Below the pieces are notes generated by a model. The model had not been told where the DNA came from, did no database searches, and saw only the letters and a list, made by a program, of their open reading frames with translations. The position numbers were made by a program, and so were the translations under genes. A DNA stretch of 49,880 bases from a bacterium (lineage in GTDB: Bacteria > Bdellovibrionota_C > UBA2361 > CALJRW01). Position 1 is the first letter of the stretch; every line of letters begins with the position of its first letter. The stretch spans positions 1-49,880 of the forward strand of contig JANNBC010000061.1 in assembly GCA_031385045.1 (NCBI GenBank). The letters run 5' to 3'. This document shows, one piece after another, positions 1 to 8,434 of this stretch.

Positions 1-104
1 TCTGTATTTGCGAACACGTTGAGTAAGAAACAAAGCAACTACTAAGTATGTAGAAAGCCAAGGTTGACGCTTCTAGGACGGGAGTTCGATTCTCCCCACC
101 TCCA
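1..104 (+). ncRNA. ssrA: 3' part of a second tmRNA copy, cut by the window start; no encoded CCA
   Basis: 1-104 is identical to 6004-6107 of the full tmRNA, including the T-arm GGAGTTCGATTCTCC and acceptor strand CACCTCCA. It is followed by TTC rather than CCA. Confidence 0.85.
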
Positions 105-177
105 TTCTCCCCTTTTGGGACGCACGGCATTATTGCCGCTACCATTCATAATCTTAGGCGTCCCAAAAGGGGAGAAT
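104..177. repeat. Perfect 20-bp inverted repeat directly after the ssrA 3' end (terminator or element end)
   Basis: ATTCTCCCCTTTTGGGACGC (104-123) / GCGTCCCAAAAGGGGAGAAT (158-177). Confidence 0.8.
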
Positions 178-201
178 TGCACCATCTATTAACTCCTAGA
201 A

Positions 202-387
202 TTAAACCAACCTTCGCTGAGCAAATCTCCATCCACCGGTTCTCTTCAGGTATCTCTCAAACTCTTTTGCCTTAACTTCATTGCTAAATGCAACATAACT
301 CACAAGCACCCAAGGCCGATATGGATGAGTATATTCTGCTTGTCCGCTATTATGATCTTGAAGTCTGCGTTGCGGTTTTAGAGCCAT
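202..387 (-). pseudogene. N-terminally truncated small GIY-YIG nuclease (UPF0213/YazA-like)
   Basis: RRLQDHNSG..YT..YRPW.LV...F.....A..FERYLK matches the C-terminal part of this family. The N-terminal GIY/YIG strands are missing and there is an in-frame stop just upstream. Confidence 0.75.
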
Positions 388-463
388 CCAACTTTATTTG
401 TATTTAGAGGCAAAATTCATTCTGAATAGTCGATAACATTCTAACTTAATTTAGTTAGAGCTT

Positions 464-595
464 ATGCCCCGCCTCAGAAAGGTAATCCTTAATAACAAAG
501 TTTACTTCGTAACCCTTAGTGTGGAAGTGGGAATTATGTTGCATGCAAATCCATTAGTGTCGAACTGTAATTGCAGAAGCAAAAGTAAAGATTGA
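464..595 (+). pseudogene. N-terminal stub of an IS200/RAYT-like (Y1 HUH) transposase
   Basis: Own translation MPRLRKVILNNKVYFVTLSVEVGIMLHANPL resembles the MPR...Y(F/H)VT start of Y1 transposases. A second copy starts at 15063 (70/77 nt identical). Confidence 0.5.
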
Positions 596-734
596 TGACC
601 AATTAACTGGTAACCCAAGCTCGAGAAGACATGGTTTTAAAGTTTATTTTAATTGTGAAGGTTGCAGTGTGAGATCGATTTTATCATTTTCGCAACACAA
701 AGGGACAACTTATGTTGCATTCCAACCCGAATAG
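561..734 (+). pseudogene. C-terminal remnant of a small Cys/His protein, possibly phage-derived
   Basis: Open frame with no start codon: RTVIAEAKVKIDDQLTGNPSSRRHGFKVYFNCEGCSVRSILSFSQHKGTTYVAFQPE*. Confidence 0.35.
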
Positions 735-805
735 TCTTACGAAAACCTTTACTAGTGGGTATAACTTCAAGTATCAAGATGTATAACCTATAACTTATAA
801 TTGTT

Positions 806-1786
806 ATGAAGTGGAGCTCGAAATCGATTAATTTTTCTGATATACCTGATAGCTTATTCGAAAAGAAAATCTATATCTTTTCTTATAGTCTTAACGACAG
901 AGCAGAAGCATCTATTGATTTCCTAAATAATCGCTACAAAGAAAGTAGTGTATTTGTAAAAGCTGTTGAGTTTATTGACGGAATTTATCTAGAAGGCTTT
1001 AGAGCTGATGTAGATTCACTTCTTCGAATAGGTTTCTTTCCTGCAAACGAGTCTGCATATGAGCTGAATGAGGGATTAGTTCATGCCTTAATTGGATCTT
1101 ACAAATCTGCATTTGATCACGTAAGAAGAGCGCTAGAGCTCGTACTAGTAGGCGGTTACTTTTGTAAAAAAGAAGTGAGTAAAGCTCATGCGAAAGAATG
1201 GATTGAGTCACATCGGCAGACCCCATTGTTTTCACATACTGTAAATGAGGTTAAGAAAGATTCACCGTTTCTTGAAATAGACGCTGATTATTATTGGGCT
1301 AAAAATATTAAGGCATTATACTGGGAGATCTGTGATATAACTCACGTTCGAGGTGAGGCAAATAGTTCACGGATACTGAATGAGACTTCATGCCACTTTG
1401 GATCTATGGCGTTACCCAACATTACAGAAACAGGACTTTCAAGATTTGCAGATTTATATATTAGAGTTGTTCAAGAGATTGCAACAATGATGGCACTTTT
1501 TAACCCTCCACTTTTAATAGGATTGCCAATTGAAGAAAAATTTGGCGTTAATGAACCTATTGGAGGTTATTATAATGAATTTCAATCTGCAAAATTTAAA
1601 GAAATTTTACCTGAACATTATCGAGAATTCTTTGAAAGTTTTGTGAAAGAAGATTCAGAAATCATAGGTGTACATCGCTATTTTAATGATCTTCCAGATC
1701 TTTCTGATGATGACATCAATAAACAAATACAGGAGTGGGAGCGCTTATTAAATGTTTCCACGAAAAAAGTTGAGTCTGAAGAATAA
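806..1786 (+). CDS. Hypothetical protein, possible HEPN-superfamily (DUF5677-like) domain
   Basis: 326-aa helical ORF with GSYKSAFDHVRRALE (R..LE) and LYWEICDITH (Y..x...H) motifs seen in HEPN-like families. Confidence 0.5.
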   Translation: MKWSSKSINFSDIPDSLFEKKIYIFSYSLNDRAEASIDFLNNRYKESSVFVKAVEFIDGIYLEGFRADVDSLLRIGFFPANESAYELNEGLVHALIGSYKSAFDHVRRALELVLVGGYFCKKEVSKAHAKEWIESHRQTPLFSHTVNEVKKDSPFLEIDADYYWAKNIKALYWEICDITHVRGEANSSRILNETSCHFGSMALPNITETGLSRFADLYIRVVQEIATMMALFNPPLLIGLPIEEKFGVNEPIGGYYNEFQSAKFKEILPEHYREFFESFVKEDSEIIGVHRYFNDLPDLSDDDINKQIQEWERLLNVSTKKVESEE

Positions 1787-1855
1787 TATTAAAAGCGGTC
1801 TTTTTAAATTTCAATCTAAATTATAATAGAAATCAATTTTGTCAGCACTATTCGA

Positions 1856-2845
1856 TTATTTAAGAAGGATTCGTTGAGCAAGATCAATATTAAATCCACT
1901 ATTTAATGTTTTAAATATTAATATCTCATCTAGATCAACTAAGGATTCTTGGATTCTCTTTTCCGCAATTAGTTTTTTTGTACTGATGCCTGTTGTAGAG
2001 TTATCGTTACGTAATTCAACTTCATCTTTATCTTTGAAGAATAAATTCAATACTTTCAAACAGTCTCCATCAGAGCAAACTCCGTTAGAGCCAGACAAGG
2101 TAACTTTTTTCCAATCTATCCACTTTTCTTCGAAATATCGCTTATATCGAAATGCATAATCATAGGTAATGACAACACTGATCTTCTTATTGGTAGATTT
2201 TTGAAGTTGAGCAGAGCTATTATGGATTCTAAGAAATAAATAATCTAAAGTTGCATACACCGACATAGATGCAACAGCAGATTTTTTAGGACTTTTCCAT
2301 GCTGAATAAGCTAATCCAAAATCATCGAAACTTTGGGGAATATATTTAACTTCAAAGTCAAATAATGTATCAATTTTTTTTGCAGAAACATCAAATTCTC
2401 CACCATATGCTTCTAAATCTAATAATTCATAATTATTAGAAATTAACCATTCTGCAAATTTTAGTTCCATAAACCTGCTTACAAATCTATCTGATTGTTT
2501 TTTGCGATTAAATGCATCACCATCAAACCAATTTTCTTGTAATTCTCCAAGATATCTTTGAGTGAGTTGCTTATTTGGAAGTTTGTTTTCATAGCAAAAA
2601 TGATGAAATGGGGAAGAATACTGACCTAAAATGCCGTCTTGGCATGCATGAATTATTATTGGAATATGAAGTTCACGGCCGTTAGAAGTTAAAAATTCTT
2701 GAAGTTTCGTTAGGCTATTTACATTTGGAAGTAGAATGTTCTTAATGACGGGGCAGTTTTGTTGTAATGAGTCTAAGATAGGGAAGCATTCTTCAGTCGT
2801 GTTTAAGAACTTACCTGACATGCATGCGCACTCGATTGGTTTCAT
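1856..2845 (-). CDS. Hypothetical protein with PD-(D/E)XK nuclease-like motif
   Basis: 329-aa ORF; ELKFAEWL...GEFDVSAK......FEVKY fits the E...D...ExK restriction-endonuclease-like signature. Confidence 0.55.
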   Translation of the reverse strand: MKPIECACMSGKFLNTTEECFPILDSLQQNCPVIKNILLPNVNSLTKLQEFLTSNGRELHIPIIIHACQDGILGQYSSPFHHFCYENKLPNKQLTQRYLGELQENWFDGDAFNRKKQSDRFVSRFMELKFAEWLISNNYELLDLEAYGGEFDVSAKKIDTLFDFEVKYIPQSFDDFGLAYSAWKSPKKSAVASMSVYATLDYLFLRIHNSSAQLQKSTNKKISVVITYDYAFRYKRYFEEKWIDWKKVTLSGSNGVCSDGDCLKVLNLFFKDKDEVELRNDNSTTGISTKKLIAEKRIQESLVDLDEILIFKTLNSGFNIDLAQRILLK

Positions 2846-2916
2846 TTCATTTAATTGAATATTTATTACTTAACTTTTATAATATTAGCATAATAATTAA
2901 AAACCATGATACTTTA

Positions 2917-3005
2917 GTGTGACACTCCACCTAACTTTGACTTGTAAAACACCAGTAATTATAGTAACTTATAATAGTCGCAAAAAGTTAGTAGCGTATC
3001 TCCCC
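2917..3005 (+). repeat. 89-bp direct repeat copy 1, ending in a degenerate ssrA 3' core (TCTCCCCgCC)
   Basis: 87/89 identical to 5388-5476. Confidence 0.9.
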
Positions 3006-3161
3006 GCCGTAATATTTCCCATCGAAAATCCAATTATTTCAAATAGTTAAATTGCAAAAACTAATAAATTCCTAGAAAATGTGGCACTTTTATTGATTGC
3101 TTAATGTAAATTGCCTAAATTTTCATTGAAGATTTAGGGATTTATATGATACAATGCAATT

Positions 3162-3743
3162 ATGAAAAGTAAAACTAAAGCACAGGCAATGTTTGATAGC
3201 ATGAAAGCTGGAAGGCTTTACAGGCAATCTGAGCTGCAAAAAGAATGGCCCAATGCGAGTCACGATCTAAAAGCATTAGCTGATGCAGGTGAAATAAGGA
3301 AAGCCTTGGCTGGTTTTTATTATAAACCTAAAAAGAACAAATATGGATTTGTTGCACCCGAAGATAAAGAGTTAGTCGAAGCTTTTTTAAAAGACGATAA
3401 TTTTTTGTTGGTAAACACAAATGATTATACCTCTCTTGTTTCTGGACTCACTCAATTGTCTATGGGTTATAAAGTTCTTAATCAAAGACGACATGGAAAG
3501 TTTAAGTTAGCGGGTTTTCCTTTTGATTTTAGAGTTAGACGAAATTTTCCTAAAAAAGTTACTAAAGAGTTTTTGTTACTAGATCTGCTGGACAATGTTG
3601 AACAGCTTGAAGATGGTAGGTCTTTGAAGGAAGAAGTAAAAAACAAGCTGAAAGAATTTGATTCAAAACAGTTACTAAAAATGGCAAGTTTATATGCTAA
3701 TCGTACTACTGAAAGATTTTTACAAAGAGAACTTGCCTCATGA
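3162..3743 (+). CDS. Type IV TA antitoxin-like protein (AbiEi/DUF6088-like, N-terminal wHTH)
   Basis: N-terminal wHTH-like segment (LKALADAGEIRKALAGFYYKP); ATGA overlap with the downstream AbiEii-like gene. Confidence 0.7.
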   Translation: MKSKTKAQAMFDSMKAGRLYRQSELQKEWPNASHDLKALADAGEIRKALAGFYYKPKKNKYGFVAPEDKELVEAFLKDDNFLLVNTNDYTSLVSGLTQLSMGYKVLNQRRHGKFKLAGFPFDFRVRRNFPKKVTKEFLLLDLLDNVEQLEDGRSLKEEVKNKLKEFDSKQLLKMASLYANRTTERFLQRELAS

Positions 3744-4690
3744 AGAAGAAAATATTTGTACATCAGCATCCTGATTTTAAAGATATTTGTGAAGCTGCTC
3801 GTGATAAATACAAAGCATCGTTACAAATTGTTGAAAAAGATTATTGGGTCATGCATGTAATTTGGGCACTCACTCAAAATGCTTATAATTTTGAATTGAA
3901 AGGTGGCACATCACTTTCTAAAGGCTGGGAGCTAATCAGTCGTTTTTCTGAAGATGTTGATATTCATATTCATCCACCAAAGGATATGGAAGTTTACTCT
4001 GGAAAAAATCATGACAAAGAAAAACACAGAGAGTCAAGAAATCAATTTTATAACTGGTTAGTTAGTGATCTGAAGATTGAAGGAGCATCCTCCATTCTCA
4101 GGGATTCGACATGGGAAGATCCAAAAATCAGAAACTGTGGAATTGCAGTTAAATATCCATCTATCTTTGATCAAACTTCTGTTGTTAAGCCACATGTTCT
4201 TTTGGAAGTTGGTTTTGCTCAGGTGGAACCTAACGAGAAATTGACTATCAGCTCATGGGTTAGCGATATTGCAGCCTCCGCTAACCTTGACGTTATCGAT
4301 AACCGTGCAGTCGGCATAAAATGCTATTTGCCTGAATATACTTTTGTAGAAAAGCTATCAGCTATTTCTAAAAAGTTTGCACAGCAACAAGTACATAAAA
4401 TTTTACCACAAAACTTTATCCGTCATTATTATGATGTTTACCAGTTGCTTGGCACTGAACGCATTCAAAGATTCATTGGCACCAAAGAGTACGCTCAGCA
4501 TAAAGAACAAATGTTTAGACGGTCTTCCTCTGAATCTCTGGCGAATGATCCAGCTTTTTTACTGAACGATGCTGAAACTAGAAAGCTATATGAAGCAAGT
4601 TACGTCAGTAAAGAAGATTTGTATTATTCAAATAGGCCCGAGTTTGGTCAGATACTCAAAACAATTTCTGACCAGCTTGCGAAGTTGTAA
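3740..4690 (+). CDS. Nucleotidyltransferase toxin, AbiEii/AbiGii (DUF1814) family
   Basis: VEKDYW, LKGGTSLSKG...ISRFSEDVDI, EKLSAI and RHYYDVYQL motifs. Confidence 0.9.
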   Translation: MKKKIFVHQHPDFKDICEAARDKYKASLQIVEKDYWVMHVIWALTQNAYNFELKGGTSLSKGWELISRFSEDVDIHIHPPKDMEVYSGKNHDKEKHRESRNQFYNWLVSDLKIEGASSILRDSTWEDPKIRNCGIAVKYPSIFDQTSVVKPHVLLEVGFAQVEPNEKLTISSWVSDIAASANLDVIDNRAVGIKCYLPEYTFVEKLSAISKKFAQQQVHKILPQNFIRHYYDVYQLLGTERIQRFIGTKEYAQHKEQMFRRSSSESLANDPAFLLNDAETRKLYEASYVSKEDLYYSNRPEFGQILKTISDQLAKL

Positions 4691-4785
4691 TGTCGCAAGC
4701 TAAGTTAAAATGATGTTGATATGAGGTGCCGTATGCCTATAAGCAATGAGGCTACTTCTTTATTTTATGTTCTGATGAATGTTTA

Positions 4786-5373
4786 ATGATTGATCCGAAA
4801 ATAATTATCATTATTCAAGAGCTGCTCCAAAGATCATTAAGATTTATTATCGCTATCGATGGCAGAGGCGGGGCAGGGAAGTCAACTTTTGCCAAGGCAT
4901 TGAAACAGGAATTTTCTGATATCAAAATAGTTGAATATGATTGGTTTTATCAAGCAAATTCAGGTAATGATTTAAATAAATATGATTCAGAAAGGTTGTA
5001 CCAACAGATCATTTCTCCATATCTTAATGGCGAACAAATTTTAAAATTTGGGAAATATAACTGGGGTTTTTTGGCGGAACAAGAACAAGAAGACTTGCTC
5101 ACTAAACATGAGTTAATCTTGGAAGAGCAAAGTATCTTATTAATTGAAGGTTGCATGACACTGCATCCTCACCTTAGTAAGTTTTATGATTTGAAGATTT
5201 GGATTGATACAAGCTCAGAGGAAAGTTTTCAAAGAGGAGTAAGAAGAGATATCGAAGAGTATCATCTTCTGCCTGAGACAGTGAAGGCTAATTGGCATCA
5301 CTGGAGCGTAAGCGAACAAAATGCTTTGAAGAGTTTTGATCGAAAATCTTTGGCAGATTTTGTCATTAAGTAA
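4786..5373 (+). CDS. Uridine-kinase-like P-loop kinase
   Basis: IAIDGRGGAGKSTFA Walker A, LIEG and YDLKIWID..R..RRD. Confidence 0.8.
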   Translation: MIDPKIIIIIQELLQRSLRFIIAIDGRGGAGKSTFAKALKQEFSDIKIVEYDWFYQANSGNDLNKYDSERLYQQIISPYLNGEQILKFGKYNWGFLAEQEQEDLLTKHELILEEQSILLIEGCMTLHPHLSKFYDLKIWIDTSSEESFQRGVRRDIEEYHLLPETVKANWHHWSVSEQNALKSFDRKSLADFVIK

Positions 5374-5387
5374 TTTTCTGAGCAAAT

Positions 5388-5486
5388 GTGTGACACTTCA
5401 CCTAACTTTGACTTGTAAAACACCAGTAATTATAGTAAGTTATAATAGTCGCAAAAAGTTAGTAGCGTATCTCCCCACCTCCACCA
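5388..5486 (+). repeat. 89-bp direct repeat copy 2 plus intact ssrA 3'-end core (attR-like)
   Basis: 5388-5476 matches 2917-3005. 5470-5486 TCTCCCCACCTCCACCA equals the last 17 nt of tmRNA. Confidence 0.9.
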
Positions 5487-5716
5487 TCTTTTTGATCGGC
5501 ATATTTTGTGAAGACTTGAAGCAATATTGATTTCCACCTAGATTGCCACTTTTACATCACTTAATAGAGCATCGGTTATAATCCTTCCTTATTCACAATC
5601 TAGACTTCGAGCTGGGAGCCTAGAGATCTATCTACCGCCCAAGAGATTAGCTCCAAAATCATTGTGATCAATATTTATTTATTGCAAGTAAGATGTAGTG
5701 CACATTAGAATTTAGT

Positions 5717-5745
5717 TTAGCAATTGAGTTGGGTGGCTCTAGGTT
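5717..5745 (+). promoter_or_regulatory. Putative sigma70 promoter of ssrA
   Basis: TTAGCA-N17-TAGGTT ending 9 nt before the tmRNA 5' end. Confidence 0.5.
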
Positions 5746-5754
5746 CTAAACATC

Positions 5755-6110
5755 GGGGGTGTCCAGGTTTCGACTGGATTTGAAGACTTTGGTAAGCATA
5801 CCGAGGGTTCCGTTGGCCTCGTAAAAAAGCGGAAAAAAGATAATTGCTAACGAAGATAATTATCAACTAGCACTAGCTGCTTAATCAGCCGGTGTGGCGT
5901 TTAGGGGGTTCGCCTGTGACTCTTTAAAAGCTTAAATAATGCAGGATGGCAACTGACATGCCTTTGGTTCGGTTGTGAGAAAGAAAAGGCTGGCTCAACG
6001 CTTTCTGTATTTGCGAACACGTTGAGTAAGAAACAAAGCAACTACTAAGTATGTAGAAAGCCAAGGTTGACGCTTCTAGGACGGGAGTTCGATTCTCCCC
6101 ACCTCCACCA
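5755..6110 (+). ncRNA. ssrA: tmRNA (complete), tag peptide ANEDNYQLALAA at 5846-5884
   Basis: 5' GGGGGTG pairs with CACCTCC, giving a G3-U wobble; TTCGA T-loop; ACCA end; tag ORF ending LALAA-stop; 356 nt. Confidence 0.97.
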
Positions 6111-6318
6111 TTTTAGATTTTTCTCGCAGTAATTTGTGGGGAGAATCGAACTCTAAAGAGTTCACGGCGATTCTCGTTTTTTGCTGTGCAAAAAACATTT
6201 CCCCACCTCCACCAATTTTAGATTTTTCTCGCACTAATCTGTGGGGAGAATCGAACTCTAAAGAGTTCACGGCGATTCTCGTTTTTTGCCGTGCAAAAAA
6301 CATTTCCCCACCTCCACA
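6096..6318 (+). repeat. tmRNA-linked tandem repeat: two 104/105-bp units plus a third core
   Basis: TCCCCACCTCCAC(C)A at 6096, 6200 and 6305. Each unit contains GTGGGGAGAATCGAACTC (6136-6153, 6241-6258), the reverse complement of tmRNA 6085-6102. Confidence 0.95.
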
Positions 6319-6340
6319 ATCTTTTGTGATACTTGATTGC

Positions 6341-6640
6341 TTAGAATTTTTTAATTAAAGCAACTAATTCATCAATCTTAATTTGACGTTCTTTTTGATT
6401 GCCAGCTTTAAATGTATCAACAACACATTGCTTAAGATGTTCTTGAAGTATTACTGCCTGTAGGGAACGTAAGGCAGTTTGAGCGGCACTGATTTGGTTA
6501 ATAATATCAGGACAGTAGCGACCTTCTTCAATCATTTTTTGTATCCCAACAACTTGTCCTGCAATTCTTTTAACTCTATTTAACTGAACTGTATGATCAG
6601 GGTGGTTATTATTAATTTTGTCACAACAATTATTTTTCAT
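6341..6640 (-). CDS. csoR: CsoR/RcnR-family metal-sensing repressor
   Basis: RVKRIAGQVVGIQKMIEEGRYCPDI..QISA...EHLKQCV with C-H-C ligands. Confidence 0.9.
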   Translation of the reverse strand: MKNNCCDKINNNHPDHTVQLNRVKRIAGQVVGIQKMIEEGRYCPDIINQISAAQTALRSLQAVILQEHLKQCVVDTFKAGNQKERQIKIDELVALIKKF

Positions 6641-6669
6641 CTTTATAGTTGAATATTAAAAAATAATAG

Positions 6670-6688
6670 TATACCCTATAGGGGTATA
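6670..6688. promoter_or_regulatory. CsoR-type operator
   Basis: TATACCC-N5-GGGTATA palindrome with C/G tracts, between divergent csoR and the HMA gene. Confidence 0.75.
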
Positions 6689-6705
6689 TAGTATCAAGAG
6701 GAAAT

Positions 6706-7440
6706 ATGAATAAAAAGTTTAAAATTATTGGAATGACCTGTAATAGTTGTGTTGTTAAAATTACAGAGGCTTTAAAGCGTGGGGGCTATAGCAATGTTTC
6801 TGTTACACTAGATCCGCCACAAGGAGAGGTTTCATCTGAACATCAAATTGAAATTAGTAATATTGAAAAGATTGTTTCTAGTCTTGGAAAATATCAAGTA
6901 ACAGAATTAACTACGTCAGTAGGTTTAGGAGCAGATGAAAATTTAATTGTTACAAATATTGTACTGCCGGAAGATAGCTTGATCCCATTGTTTGTAATTA
7001 TAGGTTATCTCGTTGGAGGTGTTGTACTTAGATCCTTTTTATCTAAAGATTTTTCTCTAGATACATTAATGATTAACTTCATGGGAGGATTTTTTATAAT
7101 CTTCTCGATGTTTAAGTTACTCAATTTAAGTGGATTTGCAGAAGCTTATGCTACCTATGATATTTTAGCTAAGAAATCACGAGCTTATGCACTGGCGTAT
7201 CCATTTGTTGAATTAGCACTAGGTGTTTTGTATCTTACACTAGCAAATCTTTTTTATGTAAATTTAATTGTATTAATATTAATGATTGTTGGATCGATCG
7301 GAGTTTTTGAAGCACTTAGAGCTAAGCGAACTATCCAATGTGCTTGCTTAGGTACGGCTTTAAAACTTCCTATGACCAAAGTTACTTTAGCAGAAGATTT
7401 GTTAATGGGATTTATGGCACTTGCTATGATTGTTTTATGA
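6706..7440 (+). CDS. Heavy-metal-associated (HMA) domain + MauE/DoxX-like membrane protein
   Basis: GMTCNSC; several TM helices; YPFVEL; CACLG. Confidence 0.85.
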   Translation: MNKKFKIIGMTCNSCVVKITEALKRGGYSNVSVTLDPPQGEVSSEHQIEISNIEKIVSSLGKYQVTELTTSVGLGADENLIVTNIVLPEDSLIPLFVIIGYLVGGVVLRSFLSKDFSLDTLMINFMGGFFIIFSMFKLLNLSGFAEAYATYDILAKKSRAYALAYPFVELALGVLYLTLANLFYVNLIVLILMIVGSIGVFEALRAKRTIQCACLGTALKLPMTKVTLAEDLLMGFMALAMIVL

Positions 7441-7519
7441 GTTTCAGTCAAAAAAAACGTCATAAGGATAACCGTAGAATTTCATTGTCCTTTAACTTTG
7501 TATATGTTGTTCAAGTTAT

Positions 7520-7927
7520 ATGCTCTTAGGCTTCAAGCAATTCCTTTCTTGCTTCCTTATCTTGTCTTTGATGATTTGGGCAAATCATTGCATTCTGAGC
7601 GATGCGTTTGCTGCTGTTAGGGAAGTATCTAGTAATCAGGCACCTTGCCATGGTCAATCTAAAGATCGAAGCCATCACACGAAGTGTGAGGAAAATTCTT
7701 GTTGTCAGCCACTTTTAAAGTCAGATGTTAGTGCTAAGGTCAGCTTAGAAATTAATTTAATTAATAATTTCTTTAAAGATGAAAATACTTTTTTTGTGCG
7801 AGAATACTGTAACTTTTCAAATCTTAATTTAATTAAATCAACAACTTGTCCACCAAAATACTCAGATCGATTCATTAAATCTCTTTCCTCTGCACCACAA
7901 GCCCCTCCAAGTAACTTCTTCCGCTAA
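7520..7927 (+). CDS. Exported Cys/His-rich leader protein (DUF2946/CutF/CruR-like) ending in PQAPP
   Basis: N-terminal signal-like segment, CHG...HHTKC...CC cluster, C-terminal SAPQAPP; first gene of the Cu operon. Confidence 0.55.
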   Translation: MLLGFKQFLSCFLILSLMIWANHCILSDAFAAVREVSSNQAPCHGQSKDRSHHTKCEENSCCQPLLKSDVSAKVSLEINLINNFFKDENTFFVREYCNFSNLNLIKSTTCPPKYSDRFIKSLSSAPQAPPSNFFR

Positions 7928-7981
7928 ATCTCGCAGGATAGTATTATCTATCCAAAAGTCATATTTAATAATTATTAGGCC

Positions 7982-8434
7982 ATGAAATTAAAATCATTCA
8001 CTAAATGTAATCTAATTTGTTACACACGGTGTAGTACAAAACTACTGATCCTTTTTTTCGCAATTGCATTTTTAGCATGTAGTAAAACGATTTTATTAGA
8101 AACCGTCCCTGTAAATAGCCCTGGAAATCCATCAATTGGGGAAGGTGCTTATTTGCCAGAGTCCAAAGTTTTAAATATTTCATCATCAGATCCTATTTAT
8201 TCAAAGAATAAAAATAATCAATCAAGTAAAATGAAAAATCACGTTCATGGGATGAAAATGAATGAAGAGAAATTACTCGACTCAGACGTTTTGTATTCCT
8301 GTCCAATGCATAGTGAGATTACCTCCAAGGATCCTACAGATCGTTGTCCAAAGTGTAATATGTTGATTAATCGTGTGGTCAGACAGTCGCCATCTAAACA
8401 TGAAAATATGAATCATGGAGGAATGAAGGAATGA
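7982..8434 (+). CDS. Lipoprotein with heavy-metal-binding domain
   Basis: FLAC lipobox; YSCPMH...RCPKCNM motif; His/Met-rich. Confidence 0.75.
   Translation: MKLKSFTKCNLICYTRCSTKLLILFFAIAFLACSKTILLETVPVNSPGNPSIGEGAYLPESKVLNISSSDPIYSKNKNNQSSKMKNHVHGMKMNEEKLLDSDVLYSCPMHSEITSKDPTDRCPKCNMLINRVVRQSPSKHENMNHGGMKE

Noticed and set aside
105..5486. Prophage or autonomous integrative element
   Set aside because: No integrase, structural, replication or conjugation genes are visible.
5336..5530. 64-aa ORF
   Set aside because: It runs through the 89-bp arm and att core; no protein features.
6096..6318. CRISPR array
   Set aside because: The sequences between the short cores are near-identical rather than unique spacers, and there are no cas genes in the window.
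6076..6358. ORFs 6076-6303 (-) and 6134-6358 (+)
   Set aside because: They are translations of the tmRNA 3' end and its tandem repeats.
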